DNA of 64,000 bases, from positions 62,001-126,000 of the forward strand of contig JAHDYR010000008.1 in the NCBI GenBank assembly GCA_019828565.1, written 5' to 3'. The position numbers and the translations under genes were made by a program. The notes beneath the pieces were generated by a model. That model saw only the letters and a program-made list of their open reading frames with translations. It was not told the origin of the DNA and searched no databases. Shown piece by piece: positions 1-10,576 of this stretch (its first letter is position 1; each line of letters opens with the position of its first letter). This stretch comes from Carpediemonas membranifera BICM. Lineage: Eukaryota; Protista; Fornicata.

Positions 1-2599
1 CAACCCGAGCCCGGTCAAAACTGCGCAGCGCAAGCTCAGCCCTGCCTGTATACTGCATGTAAAGCCCCCTACAAGCATGGAACCCCCCCGATGCAAACGA
101 CGGTGGAACAGGCGCGTCAGGGTGGGCTGGGTCAAAGGCGACGAACTGGGCGGCGTCAGTGTCCAGCTTGCCCCTGCGTAGCATAGTCACCAGCCGCATA
201 GTCAGGGTCCACGTGTCGGTGGAGGACCCACACCGATCGACCAGGGCGCGGACGGCCGCCACTGCTGATTCCACGGAAGAAGCGTCGTCTTGGGCAGTGC
301 CGCTGGCACTCCGCTCGACACTCGCCTTGGCCTTAAGGAATACGGCCTGTGTGTTTGAGGGGTCCTGGTCGGCGACAATATCGCAGTTTTTGGCAACTTC
401 GTCATACTTTCCTACAGCAAGATATTGCTCCGCTTGTTGGAGAAGGGATGGGATGTGCCGCGGAGCCATCTGTAGGGCCTGTGTGAGGTACTCGCCCGCC
501 TTCATGAACTCGCCGCCACGTGCTTGACGCCCTAGTCGAGTTGCCAAGTCATGCAGTTTAAGACACAACGAAGCGATCTGGTCCTTATAGGCCAGGGCAT
601 CGGCGGGGTCCGACACGTTGTTGTTGAGGACCATAGTGAGTAGGGCAAATGCCTGATGCAGCACTGCCATCGCCTCCCCAACGCAACCAGGCGCAGAGGC
701 ACCCAGGATGGCGTCGGCGCAGAGCATGGCGAAGGAGGAGACGGGCAGAACAGCTGCAGTGTCGTCAGTGTCTGCCGAGTGGATCGAGATGGCAACACGG
801 GCCTGTTCAGCGGCCGCGGCGTACTCCTGGAGATGCAGCAGGAGCTCGACATAAGCTGTCCGGACGTCGGTGGCCAGCTCGGTGTTCTTGCCGAACAATG
901 CGGTGTGGTAGACCTGCCGGGCGTCGTCCACTCGCCGTGTGGCGACGAGGGTGCGACACACATCCACCGTGACGTCCGTATCAGCGTCAGATATGCCGTC
1001 AAACGTCTCTAGGGCCCGCTGGAGCATGCCAATGCGGCCGTACGCCCTGCCCAGCAGCACTGCCGTCTCCGCGGTCCCGACGGCGTCGTGGATGCCCGTG
1101 TAGCAGTCAATGAACCCCCGCTTGTCATTCCTACGCTCGAGCAGGGCGTCGGCGAGGGCTATAGCGGCCTTGGGGTAGACCACAGAGGACGAGGGGACCT
1201 CCTTCAATAAAGCTATGGCGTCTTCAACGTCGTTGGAGTCCAGCATCCGCTCGGCTTCCTGCACCCGCACGGCATCCAGGGCCTGCTCACCTTCGTACCG
1301 CGTCCAGAGCACCTCCTTGAGGCTTGCCGCATCTGTGAGTCTACCCGCCTTGAGATACGCCGTCATCAAAAGATTAAACAGTCTCAGCTCCACTGCCGTG
1401 GGCATTGAGAGGGCGGCGTGGGGCTGGGGGTCGACTACCCCGCCCCTGCCCGCCACAGCGTCCCTTGTAAATGTCCTGCCACCACGCCTGACGGTCGGGC
1501 CGAGGGTGCGGGTGCCGCTGTCAGGCTTAATGACCGCCGCGAGCTTTCTTTCAAGGGATGCGATAGAATCAGCGTACCGGCCTCTGGCTTGCATCAGCTC
1601 AGCGTTGACAGCGATGGCCCTCGGGTCACCTGAGACGATAAGTCCCGAGGCTGAACCCATCGAAGCATCGGCAGCGGTGTAAAGGTTCATAGCAAGCTCT
1701 GCCTCAGCCAGTGTGACGAACGAGTCTGGGGGGAGGAACTCGCTGACTGTGGACCGACTCAGGGCAGACCGGACGGCCTTGACGTCGCCCATGGCACTCG
1801 CAAGCTTGCCGCGGAGGATGACCGTGCGGGGGATGACCCCGAGCACTGCTGTTGCTGACTCGAGCAGACCTGCCATCTTCCCAAGAATCGGGGGCTTGGT
1901 GAACAACTCCGTCATGGGCGGGGGGACGAGAGCCGTGACAGTGTCAACCAGACTGCATGCCGCGTCTGCTAAGCGGTACTGCTCAAGCCCTTCGGCTGAG
2001 CTGATCTCTGATGCAAGTCTACTGGCAGCCTTTGTGTACCATACCAGCGGGTCTGTTGACTCAGCGAGCGGGGAGGTCGGTGAAGGCGGCTTACAGTCTG
2101 CCGCTGACCTGGCGCGGCATAGGTCACCGAGAGCAAGGTAATACTCTACCGGGGGCTGTGTGGTGTCAAGTGAGAGGATGACGCCGATGAGCTGCTCGGC
2201 TGCCTCGAGGTCAGAGACGGAAGTGGCGGTAGCGATGGAGGCCCGAAGGCCCTGGAAAGACCAGCGGATGTTGCTGATACTCTCTGTTAGGCGAGTGTAG
2301 ATCTCGCTCGCGGCGAAGGCCTCGTTAATGTCGCCTGAAGAGAGCATCTGTCGGGCAAGCTCTTCTTCGTATTCTGGACGGGCAGCGATTGCCATCGCCT
2401 GCTCAATCAGCTTCCGACTCTCAGCAAAGATGGTGTTTGCATATCTGCAGCTGTGCCCCAGTATACTGAGCAATACACCGGCTTCAAAGCGACCAGCGTG
2501 ATCGGTTGGGCTCAATTCCTGATCGAGGATATTCTCGAAGGAAATCTCGCCGCCTGTGCTCATGAACAGACGTTGGGCGATGCCCTCTCCGAGAGACAT
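1..2599 (-). CDS. TPR protein, IFT139/TTC21B-like (IFT-A); 3' end runs off the window
   Basis: ATG at 2599 (MSLGEGIAQRLF..). The frame appears open to the window edge, which would explain its absence from the ORF track. Segment ERMLDSNDVEDAIALLKEVPSSSVVYPKAAIALADALLERRNDKRGFIDCY..LLGRAY resembles TTC21B DLALAQGDIERALSILQNV...YLKHRKDKMLYITCF..LLLGDAY. Confidence 0.6.
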   Translation of the reverse strand, partial: MSLGEGIAQRLFMSTGGEISFENILDQELSPTDHAGRFEAGVLLSILGHSCRYANTIFAESRKLIEQAMAIAARPEYEEELARQMLSSGDINEAFAASEIYTRLTESISNIRWSFQGLRASIATATSVSDLEAAEQLIGVILSLDTTQPPVEYYLALGDLCRARSAADCKPPSPTSPLAESTDPLVWYTKAASRLASEISSAEGLEQYRLADAACSLVDTVTALVPPPMTELFTKPPILGKMAGLLESATAVLGVIPRTVILRGKLASAMGDVKAVRSALSRSTVSEFLPPDSFVTLAEAELAMNLYTAADASMGSASGLIVSGDPRAIAVNAELMQARGRYADSIASLERKLAAVIKPDSGTRTLGPTVRRGGRTFTRDAVAGRGGVVDPQPHAALSMPTAVELRLFNLLMTAYLKAGRLTDAASLKEVLWTRYEGEQALDAVRVQEAERMLDSNDVEDAIALLKEVPSSSVVYPKAAIALADALLERRNDKRGFIDCYTGIHDAVGTAETAVLLGRAYGRIGMLQRALETFDGISDADTDVTVDVCRTLVATRRVDDARQVYHTALFGKNTELATDVRTAYVELLLHLQEYAAAAEQARVAISIHSADTDDTAAVLPVSSFAMLCADAILGASAPGCVGEAMAVLHQAFALLTMVLNNNVSDPADALAYKDQIASLCLKLHDLATRLGRQARGGEFMKAGEYLTQALQMAPRHIPSLLQQAEQYLAVGKYDEVAKNCDIVADQDPSNTQAVFLKAKASVERSASGTAQDDASSVESAVAAVRALVDRCGSSTDTWTLTMRLVTMLRRGKLDTDAAQFVAFDPAHPDAPVPPSFASGGFHACRGLYMQYTGRAELALRSFDRARV

Positions 2600-2831
2600 G
2601 GACACAATTTGAAAAATGATTTACCTTAAAATGCACACTACAAAAAATGAAAGCTGTAGACGCGACTGTGCTGATTTCGGGCGTGAAAGACCGTCGAAGA
2701 CGATAGAAGCAACTCGCATGCGAATCAGAATTTCTGCCCGTCCCATCTTTATGCAGGCACCCTGATAGAGAAGCTCAGAGCTCTATAAAGCCGGAATTTA
2801 TACATAAGCCGTGATAAATGAGCCGCGTTAC

Positions 2832-3611
2832 TCAGACCATGAGGATGGCGTTGATGCAGCCGTCGTTCTCAGGGTTGTTCGTGACCTGCGCATACTTACC
2901 CCAGACGACCTTGCCCGTCTGGGTCACGAGGCCGAGGTCAGACACGTTGACCTCGACAATCGTCCCCTTCGTGATCACTCCGAGGTTGGTGTACAGCGCC
3001 GACGACGGGTTCCTCTTCACGCCGAGGATGTCGAGCTGGAAGGTCGCCTGGAGCTCTGGGTGGGTGACGTTCGCCTTCTTCATGCGGAGGGCAGACGGCC
3101 GGATGTAGCGCTCGTACTTCGGGGGCTTGCGGGTGAAACCCTCGCCAACGAATGTGATCTTGGTGACCTTGCGCTTCCACTGCTTCTTCTGGCGCTTGCC
3201 CGTGCGGATGATCTTGAACATCTCCTCCTCGGAAACGGGCTTGACCTTCGCGATCGGGACATCCCACTTGCCGGCCTTCTCCTTCTTCTTCTGCTTGAGC
3301 ATATTCGAGAGAACCTTGGCGCGCTTCTCCTGCTGGCGGTCAAGGAGGTAGACGGGCGTGTCGCCCTCATCCAGCTTGGCCTCCTTCTGCTTCTGATCGC
3401 GCTGCTTGTGGGCGGCGATAGTTTTCTTCATCTTGATCTTTTCAGCCCTCCGTTCTTGCGCGAACAGCTTCGCCTTCAGGCCATGCTGCTTCTGGGCAAG
3501 CTTTGAGATCCGGTGTGGCTCACGGGCCTCCTTCTTCCGCATACGCTCCTCATAATCCAACCGGCGGCCGAAACGCTTCCTGTGAAGATCGATATAATCA
3601 CCCTGCGGCAT
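2832..3611 (-). CDS. NSA2: Ribosome biogenesis protein NSA2 (S8e family)
   Basis: [19 protein letters not shown]..., [62 protein letters not shown]; 259 aa. Confidence 0.97.
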   Translation of the reverse strand: MPQGDYIDLHRKRFGRRLDYEERMRKKEAREPHRISKLAQKQHGLKAKLFAQERRAEKIKMKKTIAAHKQRDQKQKEAKLDEGDTPVYLLDRQQEKRAKVLSNMLKQKKKEKAGKWDVPIAKVKPVSEEEMFKIIRTGKRQKKQWKRKVTKITFVGEGFTRKPPKYERYIRPSALRMKKANVTHPELQATFQLDILGVKRNPSSALYTNLGVITKGTIVEVNVSDLGLVTQTGKVVWGKYAQVTNNPENDGCINAILMV

Positions 3612-3746
3612 GGCAACGCGACCTTTTTCGTTCTTGCAATCAAATCTAAAAATGATTAGGCCTCAAGACAGCCATCATCGACACACTCAAAGACGACCCC
3701 ACGCCCCGAAACACCACAGCAGCACGCTACTTCAAACCTTTACTCC

Positions 3747-5855
3747 CTACTGGATAGCAGCAAACTTCGAGTCGTCAGTCTCGTAGTAGTTCGCCAGGAC
3801 GGCGGCCAGGGACGCCTTGAGGTCTAGCTTGGTGAAACGCCACTTCTGGGCGAACTTGGCATTCACGATGCGGGCGACCCTCATCGCATTGAGGATGATT
3901 CGGTGGGTCGCCGACGATGAGACGACGGCTACCTCGAGGCAGCCCTTGCGGTACGTACGGGGCATGTCCTTCTGGGCGCTATTGAGGAAGGAGATTAGCT
4001 TACGGTCGGGGATGAGGCCCTTAGGCTTGCGGAAGACCACAGCTGTCTTGTACCCGAATGCGGGCTGGGCGTCGTCAGTGATGTCCTCACCGAGACCCTG
4101 GTCGAGCGCCATCTGGTTGAGAAGGAGGATGAACTTCTGGAAGAGGCGCTTGGTGTCGTCCTTGCCGCCCTTCTTCATGAGATGAAGGAAGAGTTCACTG
4201 TCGATGACCATGATAGGCAGGCGGGCGAGCCCCTCGGCACTGTTGTCGCCGGGGATGACGATGAACGGGCACTGGTCGTCGAGGAAGGCGAGGTCGGCGT
4301 CCTCGGCCTCACGGACCATCTGGGAGAACTTGGCGGCGACGTCGGGGTTGTCGAGGCGGGTGTCGACGCCGGTGAGGCGGTCGGCGTTGCGGACGACGGA
4401 CGGGGACTTGACGGCAGGGGAGGGAGGCGCTTCGGAGGGGGCACGATCGTCGTCTTCTTCGTACTTCTCCTCCTCACGCTCCTCTTCCTCAGCGGCCTTA
4501 CGGGCATCCTCCTCCTCAGCGGCCTGGCGAGCAGCCTCCTCCTCAGCGGCCTTACGGGCAGCCTCTTCCTCAGCGGCCTTACGGGCATCCTCCTCCTCAG
4601 CGGCCTTGCGAGCAGCCTCCTCCTCAGCGGCCTTACGGGCATCCTCCTCCTCAGCGGCCTGGCGAGCAGCCTCTTCCTCAGCGGCCTTGCGAGCAGCCTC
4701 CTCCTCAGCGGCCTTACGGGCAGCCTCTTCCTCAGCGGCCTTGCGAGCAGCCTCTTCCTCAGCGGCCTTGCGAGCAGCCTCCTCCTCAGCGGCCTTACGG
4801 GCAGCCTCTTCCTCAGCGGCCTTGCGAGCAGCCTCCTCCTCAGCGGCCTTACGGGCATCCTCCTCCTCAGCGGCCTTGCGAGCAGCCTCCTCCTCAGCGG
4901 CCTTACGGGCATCCTCCTCCTCAGCGGCCTTGCGAGCAGCCTCCTCCTCAGCGGCCTTACGGGCAGCCTCTTCCTCAGCGGCCTTCTTCAGCTTCTCTAC
5001 GCGCTCCTGCTCGCGCTTCTCCTCCTCAGCGAGCATCTCAGCGGAAATGTCCACGCGGTTAGATCTATCGACGTCAAGCGCATACGACGCCATTTCCTCG
5101 GGCAGCTCAAACTTAGAGGCGGCATCCGCCTTCGACATGAGCGCGATGTCCACGCCACACGCCTCAGCGAACTTCAGGATGCAGTTGACGGTGAGGACGG
5201 GGTTCTGGAGCTCGACGACGTCGTTGGGCTCGACGATAGCGGAGTCAGCCAGACCTGCCTTCTTACACGCCTTGATGAACGACTCCACGTTGTTTCGGTG
5301 GTGGAACTTGTTGGTAGCAGACTTATTGATGTCAACAGAGTCGAGCACGAGCTTGGAAATTTCAGCGAGGACTACACCATTGACGAGCTGATGGGTCAGG
5401 ATCTGCTCGGAGTAGAGGTGATAGGGGCTCGAGAGGTGGGAGAGGGCGCCGAGAAGCCACTGGAAGGCGACGCAGCTGTCGTAGTAATGGTTGATCGCAG
5501 CAAACTGGCCGCGCTCCATCGTCATCTGCCCACCGTTGTGGAGCAGGTGCTTCGGCTTCTCAGGAATCGTCTCCATGTCGACCTTGGGATCTTCGGGTGT
5601 CTTCGCGGGCTCCTCGTCGGTAGCGGTGGGCTCCTCGGGGATCTTATCTACTGATTCCTCCTTTGGGGATTCAACTTCTTCTACGTCCTCGTTATCAGAG
5701 CCGCTTGCGTTGGTTGTTTCATCAACCGAAGTATCTTCGATCTGGTTATCATCGATTTCGGGCTTCTCGGGCTTGTCAGCAGGAACGGCGTTAGAATTGG
5801 CGCGTTTGCGCTGAGCTTGCTTCTTGCGATTGCGATTTCTGTTCTTCGGCGGCAT
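3747..5855 (-). CDS. Calponin-homology domain + (AAEEEAARK)n charged helix + C-terminal BCH/CRAL-TRIO-like domain protein
   Basis: CH motif [42 protein letters not shown]; E/R/K repeats; C-terminal [34 protein letters not shown] resembles BCH. Confidence 0.7.
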   Translation of the reverse strand: MPPKNRNRNRKKQAQRKRANSNAVPADKPEKPEIDDNQIEDTSVDETTNASGSDNEDVEEVESPKEESVDKIPEEPTATDEEPAKTPEDPKVDMETIPEKPKHLLHNGGQMTMERGQFAAINHYYDSCVAFQWLLGALSHLSSPYHLYSEQILTHQLVNGVVLAEISKLVLDSVDINKSATNKFHHRNNVESFIKACKKAGLADSAIVEPNDVVELQNPVLTVNCILKFAEACGVDIALMSKADAASKFELPEEMASYALDVDRSNRVDISAEMLAEEEKREQERVEKLKKAAEEEAARKAAEEEAARKAAEEEDARKAAEEEAARKAAEEEDARKAAEEEAARKAAEEEAARKAAEEEAARKAAEEEAARKAAEEEAARKAAEEEAARKAAEEEAARQAAEEEDARKAAEEEAARKAAEEEDARKAAEEEAARKAAEEEAARQAAEEEDARKAAEEEEREEEKYEEDDDRAPSEAPPSPAVKSPSVVRNADRLTGVDTRLDNPDVAAKFSQMVREAEDADLAFLDDQCPFIVIPGDNSAEGLARLPIMVIDSELFLHLMKKGGKDDTKRLFQKFILLLNQMALDQGLGEDITDDAQPAFGYKTAVVFRKPKGLIPDRKLISFLNSAQKDMPRTYRKGCLEVAVVSSSATHRIILNAMRVARIVNAKFAQKWRFTKLDLKASLAAVLANYYETDDSKFAAIQ
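4483..4983 (-). repeat. Coding minisatellite, about 18 x 27 bp, encoding AAEEE(A/D)AR(K/Q)
   Basis: Tandem cctcctcagcggcctt(a/g)cg(g/a)gca units are directly visible. Confidence 0.95.
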
Positions 5856-6715
5856 TGCTTCTGTCTGTTGAGCGATTTATGGCGTTTACGGTTCGTTTTC
5901 ATGTAATTCACTCTCTCGCCAAAACAGACGCTAATAGGGTATCTAATGGTACTTGTCAAGTGACAAGCCTTCATGTGAATGCTCATAAAGCTGTACAATC
6001 TCTGGTGGTCACGGTGGAATCGATCTCTCGGTCTTCAATTGTCAAACAAAAGATCCTATGATTTAGCGGTGAATATGAATTGGATTAACTCACAAATACT
6101 TCTCAGTAATACCCACCGATCATTGGGTCAACTTCAGTCAGAGTCGCAAATCCCATGATCCGTAGCCCCCACCATCAATGAACGTCGTCGGTCGGCTCAA
6201 CCTTGGGAACAATATGGGCTCTTACAGGCCTGATTTGAGTCGGTTCATCATCACTTGGCGCGAGGCCGATACACTGACGAATCGTCAACGTTGCCGTTGG
6301 CGAGTGACTCAATCAATTGCCTGGCGGTATCGTCAATTTGATCGCTTGAAAGTATCCGATACTGCATGGCACTGGATGCCACAAGCTTGATCTGGGCGAA
6401 GTTTGTAAGGTTCCAAAGCTTCCATCGTTTCCAGGAGTCAGCGACTCTGACTTCACTTTGGATGAGGTAGAAATAGATGAGGTTGAGTTGTAGTGTGTGG
6501 TAGGTTGATGACTGTTGACATAAGCCTGAAACTATCACCCGTTACCATTCCATGCTGCCAATTGACATGTTGGCCAAGCCGACCAATTGAAAAGACTAGA
6601 GAGTTGACCCGCCTCGCCACCTCGCGCGCGTTCATGATTCTGATGTTGTTAGCTAAATGCGACCCAGCTGTCGCTCTCCGTGTGGGCATCAGCCCTGCTG
6701 TGTAAGAAAGACCGT

Positions 6716-7924
6716 CTATGGCAAGATCTCGAGTCCCCTGTTAAAGGCCCGAGTTCCGTGCGAGACAGTGGAAAGCTTTGAACGAACTGTAGGATTGTTC
6801 ATGCTCCAGAAGTCCCAGAACAACAGTCTCTCTCCACCCAACGTGCACACCGTCCGCCCGTCGGGAGAGACGGCCGAGTGGAGCACACGAGAGCTATGGG
6901 AGCGAATATCGCATTGCTGGATGTTGTTCGGGTACTTCCAGAGTCGAACTGAGTTTGTGTGGAAGCCGTGCGTGGATAGGATCTCGTCGTGGTGCCTGCC
7001 CCACTGAAGAGAGCAGACCTGCGAGTCGGTGTGGATCGTGTCCACCACGTGGGGATCGGCGGCTGTATTCCAGATCTTGATGGTGTTGTCGCCATTACCA
7101 CCACCTGTGGCGAGCACGTTGCGGCGCGGAGCCCATGCAAGTGCACGCACGCTAGCGCTGTGCTCGCGGAGGACCCTCGGCTCAGGCCTAGAGTCCCACA
7201 GACGGACAGTATTGTCGTTCCCCCCTGAAGCAAGCACGGTCTTGTCAGGCGACCACGCGAGGCCGGTAATACCTTGCTGGTGGCCGACACGGTCAAACAC
7301 GCGATGCTGGCGGACACGGAGGTCTGAATCAAACAAAATGCCCCCCTCACTCCCAGAAGTAACGATACTACGGTTGACAGCTGTGGCCGTAATCTTCGAC
7401 GCATGGCCCCGAAGGCCACGAACACACTTACCCTTTTGCACGTCCCAGAGATGAAGGTCGGAGGCGTCAGTACCTACTGCGAGATACCGGCCCCCTTCCA
7501 TCCAACAGAGGGAGGAGACAACGCTGCCGTCACCCAGCTCAACCAGGGTGTCCACCTGGCGAGTGGTGACGTTCCAGAGGTAGGCTGTGTCGCCAAGTGC
7601 AACCGCAAGGATGTTTTTGTCGCTCCAGTCGAGAGTGTGGGAGTAGAAGTCGTCTACCGCGCCTGGGGCATCGAGGGACGTTATCGGATGCTTGTTGATG
7701 CGACGTCGGTCAATCGTTTCGCGGATCTGCCGGGATTGAGAGCATAGCGTTTGCAACTCATCGGTCCATCGAGGTGTAACGGGAGGTGTCATGGTGATCG
7801 AATGCTCAAGAGCATCGTGGTATGCCTTCACCGCGGGCGAACACGGAGCATCGCTCGCGGAAAGGCCGAATTTGAGACTTAAACTAAGCGATTCTGTCGG
7901 TTCATCGAAAGATGACGGGCGCAT
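6716..7924 (-). CDS. CDC20: CDC20/Fizzy-family WD40 APC/C coactivator
   Basis: LDAPGAVDDFYSHTLDWSDKNILAVAL, LASGGNDNTVRLWD, ALAWAP..LATGGG, SQVCSLQW, STHGF. First ATG at 7924. Confidence 0.85.
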   Translation of the reverse strand: MRPSSFDEPTESLSLSLKFGLSASDAPCSPAVKAYHDALEHSITMTPPVTPRWTDELQTLCSQSRQIRETIDRRRINKHPITSLDAPGAVDDFYSHTLDWSDKNILAVALGDTAYLWNVTTRQVDTLVELGDGSVVSSLCWMEGGRYLAVGTDASDLHLWDVQKGKCVRGLRGHASKITATAVNRSIVTSGSEGGILFDSDLRVRQHRVFDRVGHQQGITGLAWSPDKTVLASGGNDNTVRLWDSRPEPRVLREHSASVRALAWAPRRNVLATGGGNGDNTIKIWNTAADPHVVDTIHTDSQVCSLQWGRHHDEILSTHGFHTNSVRLWKYPNNIQQCDIRSHSSRVLHSAVSPDGRTVCTLGGERLLFWDFWSMNNPTVRSKLSTVSHGTRAFNRGLEILP

Positions 7925-8244
7925 TGCGTTCGACGAGAGAAATTTTGTTGGAGTTGCCAAAATTTTGAGGAGTCGGTCCCGAGTCAGCTGCGTGGGGTTG
8001 ACGCCGCGCGCGTTCTAGCTGAACTGGCGACCACACGCGAACCAGGAAATTCGAAATCTGATCGGCAATCATTAGATTTGAAGATTTGTCACAAATTCGG
8101 GCGCGGAAAATGAGCAAAATTTTGGGATGCATGGTCGGCTAGGCAACGGCTGAGCTGGGTCTCATTGAACTGCCTTTAGTAGTCGGGTGTAGTCAATCTC
8201 GGAAATCGAGTGTTGGTGAATCGCTTCAAACAACGCTGCCAAAT

Positions 8245-9534
8245 ATGCCTCAATTGGCAGCACAGGACGAATTTTTCCAGTCCTATGACGATGAGAACGG
8301 CCACTATATGGCTGCAAAAGGCGAGGTTATCTACGAAGAGCGTGGCGGCTACATGATCGATAGTTTGATAGCAACGGGGACGTTTGGCACCGTTTACCGA
8401 GGCCACAGTTTGAAAGGATCCGAAGCTTACAAGAAGGATGTCAATTCTGTGGCGATTAAGTTCATCCGCTCCATCCAAAAGTACGCCAATGCTGCCGAGG
8501 TCGAAATCGAAATCCTCTCCCGCCTCAACAACTACGATCTTCCCAAGCGGCGCCGGGTTACCCATCTTGTAGACCACTTCGAGTTCAAGAAGCACATCGT
8601 GATGGTCTTCCCATGCTACGGCAACTCCCTTCTTGACTTCATCAAACTCAACGAGCACCGAGGGTACAACCAGGAATGGACGCTTGAGTTCACACGGTCC
8701 ATCAGCCACTGCATGTCCTACATCCACTCGCAGAAGATCATTCACACTGACCTGAAGCCCGAGAACATTGTGGCGACGAGCAAGACCCATCGATCCAACC
8801 TCCGCGGTAAGATCTTCTGCTATCCAGTCACCGCCGAGGTTATTACCATCGACCTCGGCTCAGCCATCCATGCTGCCTCCGACCCGGACCGGCGGCCTCC
8901 CCTCGTGTGCACGCGGCAGTACCGACCACCGGAAGTCATCACCGGCCTCGCCTACGACTCCTCGGTCGACGTCTGGTCGCTTGGCTGTATAGTTTACGAG
9001 CTCGCCACCGGAATCCCGCTCTTCAACACTCATAGAAACACGCAGCATCTCGCCATGGTCGAGAAGTTGCTCGGACCCGCTCCGCCACTCTTCATGCAGC
9101 GTCTGCAGGACAGGGTCAGACTCACCAAGCTCCCTGCGGCTGAGTGCGGCATCAAGTACTTCAACGAGGCCGGTGTTATTGCTTGGCACGATCGTCTCAC
9201 TGAGGCAGAACGAGTCGGCCTGGAGAGGGCCCCGAGCTTGGCCAAACTCGAAGAGACACTCCCCTCTGCAGTTGTGGGAGTCATTAGATGCTGTCTGACG
9301 TGGCTTCCTGAGAATAGGGTTACCATGCAGGACGTCGCAGCCATCCTCAGCGCTTCACCGCCTGATCCCCGCATGCTAGCTATGGCATCGCTCGTGGCAG
9401 AGACCGAGGGGGCATATAGGACTGGTCAGCGGGCAGTTGCGGGGGCGGGCACCCTCATGCGCCATGCTGCGGCAATAGCTGATCTTGACCCAAAACTGCG
9501 CCGTTCCAAGAGCCGCGGGTCGATCTCCCGGTGA
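8245..9534 (+). CDS. CLK/LAMMER-family CMGC protein kinase
   Basis: GTFGTV, VAIKFIR, HTDLKPEN, TRQYRPPEVI, DVWSLGCI, QHLAMVEKLLG (LAMMER motif). Confidence 0.9.
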   Translation: MPQLAAQDEFFQSYDDENGHYMAAKGEVIYEERGGYMIDSLIATGTFGTVYRGHSLKGSEAYKKDVNSVAIKFIRSIQKYANAAEVEIEILSRLNNYDLPKRRRVTHLVDHFEFKKHIVMVFPCYGNSLLDFIKLNEHRGYNQEWTLEFTRSISHCMSYIHSQKIIHTDLKPENIVATSKTHRSNLRGKIFCYPVTAEVITIDLGSAIHAASDPDRRPPLVCTRQYRPPEVITGLAYDSSVDVWSLGCIVYELATGIPLFNTHRNTQHLAMVEKLLGPAPPLFMQRLQDRVRLTKLPAAECGIKYFNEAGVIAWHDRLTEAERVGLERAPSLAKLEETLPSAVVGVIRCCLTWLPENRVTMQDVAAILSASPPDPRMLAMASLVAETEGAYRTGQRAVAGAGTLMRHAAAIADLDPKLRRSKSRGSISR

Positions 9535-9795
9535 TATACATCCAGAGAAGTTGTAATATATATTATATAAATGAGGCACAGGCCCCGTTGGGCTTCTGCG
9601 ATGGGACGAGGATATGGACAGAAGGGTTGGGTTGGCATTTAGAAATATTCTTTTACCCACAATTAGGGTTCAATGCCTCGCATCGCCTTGCTCATAGGGG
9701 GGTGATTCAGACCCCGGAACGGCGCTCTAATGTCCTCGCATTTTAAGATCACGAATTCGTGGGCTGGTGTACCGGCCCAAAGAACGCACGACTAG

Positions 9796-10288
9796 ATGAA
9801 TAGGAATGTTGCTGAAATGATCCGTGTAGCCCAAGACACGAACTTGGACCAGATTCACTGGTTAGTGGAGTACAAGCAGAAAGAAGTCGAAGATAGCTCA
9901 GCTGCGCCGTCAGAGCTGGACCTCTTTCCCCCAGTGAACGTGAACCCGCTCAAGCTTTCTTCCCAAGTCCAAGAAGATGTCTGGGATCCCCAGTCAATGC
10001 CGCAGCTTCCCCCCTACGAGATGTTCCCTCTCTGGGACGACGCCATCGTACGTCCCCGCCCCCATACTCACGCAGAAGTCGCAAATTGATAAGATACTGA
10101 ACACACGGCAGCAGACTCGACCCATGGTGCCCGCCGCGGTGCAGGAACGGATGCAGGCCCAGGCCGACTCGATCCTGAGCGCCCTACAGACTGAGCCGCA
10201 GGGCAGAGTGTGGCAGAGACGCCCTACGAGCACTGGGACGGCGATGTCCGACTTATCTGACTTCGCCAATCTCACCGACGAAGACTGA
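9796..10288 (+). CDS. Hypothetical protein, two exons (intron 10048-10075), about 154 aa
   Basis: Removing the 28-nt GTACGT...CACGCAG joins ORF 9796.. to ORF ..10288 in frame (DDAI|KSQIDK). Confidence 0.6.
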
Positions 10289-10576
10289 CCATTGATCCGG
10301 TCTGTGTTGTTTCTTGACTGAATGATAAGGCCTTGTGTTGTTTGACAAAGGCCGAGATAGCGCGTATTGTTCATATTATTCGGGGATCAGGCGGCTGTGG
10401 CCCCCTCGCCCTTCATTGTTTTCGATAAACTTCGCCCTGAGAATTCCTTTATGCTTATACGGGCTGCAGCACCTTATAGCACATACAACCCCAGTTCAAG
10501 CCTCCTGGGAGTCGCGGCGGTTGAGGTGCACTTTACGGAACACAATTCCTGTGCAGCGCAGACGAGACGATAAACC

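Noticed and set aside
4483-4983. 27-bp repeats as a CRISPR array; long antisense ORFs 4182-5654 and 4204-5391
   Set aside because: There are no unique spacers. It is a coding minisatellite, and the antisense ORFs are shadows of it.
5856-6715. Short ORFs in 5.9-6.7 kb and 37.0-37.7 kb
   Set aside because: No codon bias or motifs; treated as intergenic.
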